Below are positions 59,675 to 64,000 of a stretch of 64,000 nucleotides of DNA, piece by piece. This stretch comes from an uncultured Candidatus Saccharibacteria bacterium (GTDB lineage: Bacteria; Patescibacteriota; Saccharimonadia; Saccharimonadales; Saccharimonadaceae), in contig CAUSBR010000001.1 in assembly GCA_963530345.1 (NCBI GenBank), positions 104,053 through 168,052 on the forward strand. Reading direction: 5' to 3'. Position 1 is the stretch's first letter; every line of letters starts with the position of its first letter. The position numbers and the translations under genes are program-made. Under the pieces are notes generated by a model. That model was not told the origin of the DNA and did not search any database. It saw nothing but the letters and a program-made list of their open reading frames with translations.

Positions 59675-61458
59675 TAGGATTCCCTCGTAACACGCAGCAC
59701 CTCGTCGAGCGTAGTGTTACCGCGTAATGTTTTAACTAATCCATCAGATTGCATTGTAATCATTCCCTCCTTGATTGCTTGATCTTGAATCTGGTTGCTA
59801 GTGGCGTCGGAAGTTATCATTTTTTGAATTTCGCGCGACATGCCCAACACTTCGTAAATACCGACGCGTCCCTTGAAGCCGACGTGTCCGCACTCGTCGC
59901 AGCCGCCTGGGTGCGCTCGCCAGAGGGTGCGAATAGTAGTTTCGTCGGTGCCAGCTGGTGTGTCGCCGCCGACTTTTTGCTCGATGGCTTGTAATTCTAG
60001 ATCATGAATATGTGCAAACGTTTGGTCTGGACGCAGATTGAACAGCGAGACTATTTCGTTGATTTCGTCTGGCGTCGGTACGTATTGTTCGCGGCAGTTC
60101 ATGCACAGCCGCCGTACCAAGCGCTGCCCAACGACTGCTTTGACGGTCGAAGCAATCAAAAACGGCTCAATCCCCATGTCCAGCAAGCGCGGCAAACAAG
60201 TAGCGGCGTTATTAGTGTGCAGCGTCGAAAATACCAAGTGCCCGGTCAGTGCTGCCTGTACGCCTAGGTTGGCTGTCTCGCCGTCGCGGATCTCGCCGAC
60301 CATGATGATGTTCGGATCTTGGCGCAGCAGTGCTCGCAGCCCCGAGGCGAAAGTCATGCCAGCTTTGGCGTTGGTTTGGGTTTGGTTGACGCCGGGGATT
60401 TTGTATTCGACTGGATCCTCAATAGTCGAGATATTAACTTCCGGCGTGTTTAGCATAGATAGCACTGAAAATAAGGAAGTAGACTTGCCGCTACCAGTTG
60501 GTCCGGTTACTAGAATCATGCCGTTTGGTTCGGCAATAGCGTTATTTATGATGGCTAGCGATCTGCCCCAATAACCAAGTTGTTGCAACGTGATTGCTTG
60601 GTTGGACTCGTCGAGAATTCGCATGACGACTTTCTCGCCGTCGGTAATTGGCAGGGTGCTAACGCGCAAAGCGTATTGTTTGCCAGCGACTTTAATTTTG
60701 AAGCGACCATCTTGCGGCACACGACGCTCATCAATCTTGAGGTTGGACAGAATCTTAATACGGCTGACCAGTGCATTTAGCACGTTGCGCGGTAATTGAT
60801 TGACTTCTTTGAGAACGCCGTCGATGCGGTAGCGTACTTGCACGAAATTCTCACGCGGCTCGATGTGAATATCTGAGGCTTGCGAGCGGATAGCATATTC
60901 TAGCAGCAAATTAACGGTTTGGGCGATTGGCGAATCCTCGGCAACATCAGCTTCGGAGACTTTCTGATCCGAGCCGTCATCTTCGCGCTGCACGTCAATG
61001 ACTTCGTTGAGCTCTTGATTGACATCACCGCGATAATTTTCTAAACATTGCAAGATATTAGAATGCGGTGCGATATAAATTTTAGTATTGCTGCCGATTT
61101 CTTTCTCGATAAAATTAGTAGCCAGCACATCATCTGGATCGTCCATCGCCAAATGCATGGTACCGTCTTCGTCGATTTGAAAAATCACTGCATTGTATTG
61201 GCGGGCGATACGCTCTGGGATGCGGTTCAGTACCTCGCTCGGAATATTACGTGGATCGACCTCAATGTAAGGTATATCGGCGTACTGTGCAAAAAGCTTT
61301 GTCAAGTCGGTCTCAGACACAAGCTTTGAATCTAACACAATATCTTGCAGTGGTCGCGAAGAACGCTCCGCCTCTTCGATCAGCGGTTTGAGAGTTTCTT
61401 CGGTCGCAATATTATTACGCGTCAGAATCTTGACCAGAGTATTATTTAGGATCCTCAT
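59674..61458 (-). CDS. pilB: Type IV pilus assembly ATPase PilB (GspE family)
   Basis: ASDIHIEP, GPTGSGKST, TIEDPVE, LRQDP, TGHLVFSTLHTN, tetracysteine motif. Confidence 0.96.
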   Translation of the reverse strand: MRILNNTLVKILTRNNIATEETLKPLIEEAERSSRPLQDIVLDSKLVSETDLTKLFAQYADIPYIEVDPRNIPSEVLNRIPERIARQYNAVIFQIDEDGTMHLAMDDPDDVLATNFIEKEIGSNTKIYIAPHSNILQCLENYRGDVNQELNEVIDVQREDDGSDQKVSEADVAEDSPIAQTVNLLLEYAIRSQASDIHIEPRENFVQVRYRIDGVLKEVNQLPRNVLNALVSRIKILSNLKIDERRVPQDGRFKIKVAGKQYALRVSTLPITDGEKVVMRILDESNQAITLQQLGYWGRSLAIINNAIAEPNGMILVTGPTGSGKSTSLFSVLSMLNTPEVNISTIEDPVEYKIPGVNQTQTNAKAGMTFASGLRALLRQDPNIIMVGEIRDGETANLGVQAALTGHLVFSTLHTNNAATCLPRLLDMGIEPFLIASTVKAVVGQRLVRRLCMNCREQYVPTPDEINEIVSLFNLRPDQTFAHIHDLELQAIEQKVGGDTPAGTDETTIRTLWRAHPGGCDECGHVGFKGRVGIYEVLGMSREIQKMITSDATSNQIQDQAIKEGMITMQSDGLVKTLRGNTTLDEVLRVTRES

Positions 61459-61554
61459 AATTCTTATGCTAATTGTAGCGCATTTTATTTAGAAAAGCTA
61501 TCAATGCAGCGCAGATTGGTAAAGGATGGTCAAATCGAGTATAATAACAGAGAT

Positions 61555-63330
61555 ATGAAGCGAACTTTTAATATACAGGCGGCGCAACTTGCCGGCGAAA
61601 AAATTTCAGTTAGCGGCTGGGTGCACTCGCGCCGCGATCATGGCGGGCTAATTTTTGTTGATTTACGCGATCACACCGGTTTGTTGCAGCTAGTTTTTAA
61701 TTCTGATAATCCGGAAGCATTTTCGCTTGCTGATGAGTTGCGCGATGAATTTGTCATTCGCGCCGAAGGCATGGTGCGCGAACGCGCGGCTGGACTAAAG
61801 AATGATAAAATTCCGACTGGCGCAGTTGAATTGGTGGTCGAGAGGCTGACGTTACTTAATCGCGCCGAGACCTTGCCAATCCAGCCCTTTGCCGAGGAAA
61901 ACCAAGCGGGCGAGGACTTGCGTTTTAAGTATCGTTACCTCGACCTGCGTCGCCCGAAGATGCAACAGATGCTGAAAAAACGTGCTGAAATGTACCGACG
62001 GATGCATCAGTATATGGACGACCACGATTTTATCGAGATCCAGACGCCGATTTTGGCTAATTCCAGCCCTGAGGGTGCGCGCGATTTCCTGATCCCTAGT
62101 CGTCTACAAGAGGGTAAGTTTTACGCTCTACCGCAAGCGCCGCAACAGTTCAAGCAGCTGCTGATGGTTGGCGGTGTACCGCGATATTACCAGTTGGCGG
62201 CGTGTTTTCGCGATGAAGATCCGCGGGCCGATCGACTGTACGGTGAGTTTTATCAGCTGGATCTGGAGATGAGCTTCGTTGAAGACGGCGAGGAAGTTCG
62301 CCGTGAGGTCGAACCGTTGATGCGACAGCTCGCGACCGATTTTGCGGGCAAGGAATTACTGGATTTGAGCGGTCTCGCGGTCGGTGACGGCAGTCCAATT
62401 CCGCGCATTTCCTACCGCGACGCCATGGAGACCTATGGCTCGGATAAGCCAGATTTGCGCTTTGGCATGGAGCTGATTGAGTTGACCGATGTATTCGCCA
62501 ACACTGAATTTGGCGTGTTCAAAAACGCTGAGTGCATCAAGGCGATTTGCGTCAAGAATGGCGCCAGCCTCAGTCGTAAGCAAATCGACCAATTCACCGA
62601 CATTGCTAAAAGTGAGGGGGCGGGCGGTTTAGCTTACATCACTTACCAAGATGGCGAGGCAAAATCACCAATTGCCAAGTTCTTGAGCGAAATAGAACTA
62701 GCTTCAATCCAACAAAAAACTGGCGCAGTTGATGGCGACGCAGTCTTCTTTGGCGCCGACACTCGCCTAGTCGTCAACGCCGTGCTTGGTCGTCTGCGAA
62801 ACGAATTTGCCGCTCACTTCAACCTGAAAAAATCGGATGAGGTAGCCTTGGCTTGGATTATCGATTTTCCGTTCTATGAATGGGACGACCACGGCAAGAA
62901 GCTTGATTTTGGACACAACCCATTCGGTATGCCAAAGGGCGGTCTGCAAGCGCTGGAGTCAGTTACTACTGACACTGACAAGCTCGCTATCGTTGCCGAT
63001 CAATTCGACATGGTGATGAACGGCTACGAAATTTGCTCCGGCGGCGTGCGAAACCACAACCCGGCGGTGCTATACAAAGTGTTTGACCTACTTGGCTTTA
63101 GCGAAAGCTACGTCGAGGAAAAGTTTGGCGCCATGCTAAACGCCTTCAAATACGGCGCGCCGCCGCACGCTGGCTGTGCCTTTGGTGTCGACCGCATCCT
63201 CATGGAGCTCATTGACGAAACAAATGTTCGCGAGACTTTAGCTTTTCCAAAGAACGGCTCGGGCGTTGACATGATGATGGATTCGCCGTCAAAGGTTGAT
63301 CCAGCGCAGCTAAAGGAATTGGGATTATGA
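61555..63330 (+). CDS. aspS: Aspartate-tRNA ligase, probably non-discriminating
   Basis: RRDHGGLIFVDLRD, PEGARDF, ALPQAPQQFKQ, FRDED, YGAPPHAG. Confidence 0.97.
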   Translation: MKRTFNIQAAQLAGEKISVSGWVHSRRDHGGLIFVDLRDHTGLLQLVFNSDNPEAFSLADELRDEFVIRAEGMVRERAAGLKNDKIPTGAVELVVERLTLLNRAETLPIQPFAEENQAGEDLRFKYRYLDLRRPKMQQMLKKRAEMYRRMHQYMDDHDFIEIQTPILANSSPEGARDFLIPSRLQEGKFYALPQAPQQFKQLLMVGGVPRYYQLAACFRDEDPRADRLYGEFYQLDLEMSFVEDGEEVRREVEPLMRQLATDFAGKELLDLSGLAVGDGSPIPRISYRDAMETYGSDKPDLRFGMELIELTDVFANTEFGVFKNAECIKAICVKNGASLSRKQIDQFTDIAKSEGAGGLAYITYQDGEAKSPIAKFLSEIELASIQQKTGAVDGDAVFFGADTRLVVNAVLGRLRNEFAAHFNLKKSDEVALAWIIDFPFYEWDDHGKKLDFGHNPFGMPKGGLQALESVTTDTDKLAIVADQFDMVMNGYEICSGGVRNHNPAVLYKVFDLLGFSESYVEEKFGAMLNAFKYGAPPHAGCAFGVDRILMELIDETNVRETLAFPKNGSGVDMMMDSPSKVDPAQLKELGL

Positions 63331-63755
63331 TCGCAATGTATGATCGACACGAAGTTAGCGTAAAAGTGGCGTTGTATAGCAGCGACGGCAAGCGTGTGCT
63401 ACTGATGTATTATCCGCACGATGATGGCTTTGGCTTGCCGGGCGGGCATATTGATGCCGGCGAAACGCCTGACGTGGCACTAGAGCGAGAGCTGCGCGAG
63501 GAGCTGGGCATCACAATTGATGCGACACCGGCTGATTTCTATATGCGCTATCCGCGAGGTAGTGCCGTCAAAGATCATAAAATTATTCTTGGCTACACGG
63601 CCATGGTTGACGGCAACATTGAAATACCGGACCGAGCGTGTGATGGCGGCGAGGAGCGCCCGATTTGGCTCGATCGAGCGGAAATTGAAACTACTGATAA
63701 GCTCGCGCCAGGCTATCGGGATTTTGTGCTGAAATGGTGGCCGCAAGAAGCGTAA
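63327..63755 (+). CDS. NUDIX hydrolase
   Basis: Nudix box GGHIDAGETPDVALERELREELG. Confidence 0.9.
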   Translation: MIAMYDRHEVSVKVALYSSDGKRVLLMYYPHDDGFGLPGGHIDAGETPDVALERELREELGITIDATPADFYMRYPRGSAVKDHKIILGYTAMVDGNIEIPDRACDGGEERPIWLDRAEIETTDKLAPGYRDFVLKWWPQEA

Positions 63756-63779
63756 TATTTTAGGAGGTACAAGTAGGCT

Positions 63780-64000
63780 ATGAAATCAATTCCCAAACGA
63801 ACACTAAAATTCATTGACTCATGGCTAACACTGCGCAGTCAATGGGCGCGCTGGCCGGGATTTACGGTAGCTATAGCCAAAGACGGCGAAGTGGTTTTTC
63901 ATAAAGCCTACGGTCTGGCAAATATAGAAAATAACGAAAAATTAACAACTGGACACCTTTTTCACGTTGCTTCACAATCGAAAACATTTACTGCCACGGC
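63780..64000 (+). CDS. Serine hydrolase, beta-lactamase/AmpC family (runs off the window end; not in the ORF track)
   Basis: AGGAGG upstream; translates to ...WPGFTVAIAKDGEVVFHKAYG...LFHVASQSKTFTA with an SxxK motif. Confidence 0.85.
   Translation, partial: MKSIPKRTLKFIDSWLTLRSQWARWPGFTVAIAKDGEVVFHKAYGLANIENNEKLTTGHLFHVASQSKTFTAT

Noticed and set aside
1..64000. CRISPR array, rRNA, integrase or transposase
   Set aside because: No spaced identical repeats or recombinase motifs were seen; the repeats found are coding or operator-sized

Overview
This 64-kb window looks like chromosome from a host-associated Saccharibacteria (TM7/CPR) bacterium. That is an inference from gene content: compact genes, a type IV pilus operon, ComEC, an arginine deiminase system, and divergent housekeeping proteins. 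Core genes are groES/groEL and dnaJ (each with a CIRCE operator), ruvC/ruvA/ruvB, recA/recX, PBP1A, yebC, aspS, pilB-C-M-N-O and tRNA-Lys. The accessory elements are: (1) an arginine-energy island with a basic amino-acid ABC importer, a fused ArcA-ArcB, ArcD, a dimethylarginine dimethylaminohydrolase (DDAH) inside the operon, and ArcC; (2) a decayed T1SS/RTX lipase locus with a candidate immunity gene; (3) an AT-rich Avs-like STAND NTPase with no obvious N-terminal effector; (4) an ABC1/UbiB kinase flanked by two paralogous 2-TM microproteins, one missing from the ORF track; (5) a two-component mini-regulon with three CiaR-box-like repeats and a GT2-ArnT fusion; (6) an insert between ruvA and ruvB marked by a decayed copy of the ruvA 3' end, carrying a frameshifted DUF262/GmrSD gene and a class-I-PDE-like HD protein. 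About a dozen genes show a leaderless promoter layout. No CRISPR array, rRNA, integrase or transposase was seen. All calls come from motif recognition by eye; no searches were run.
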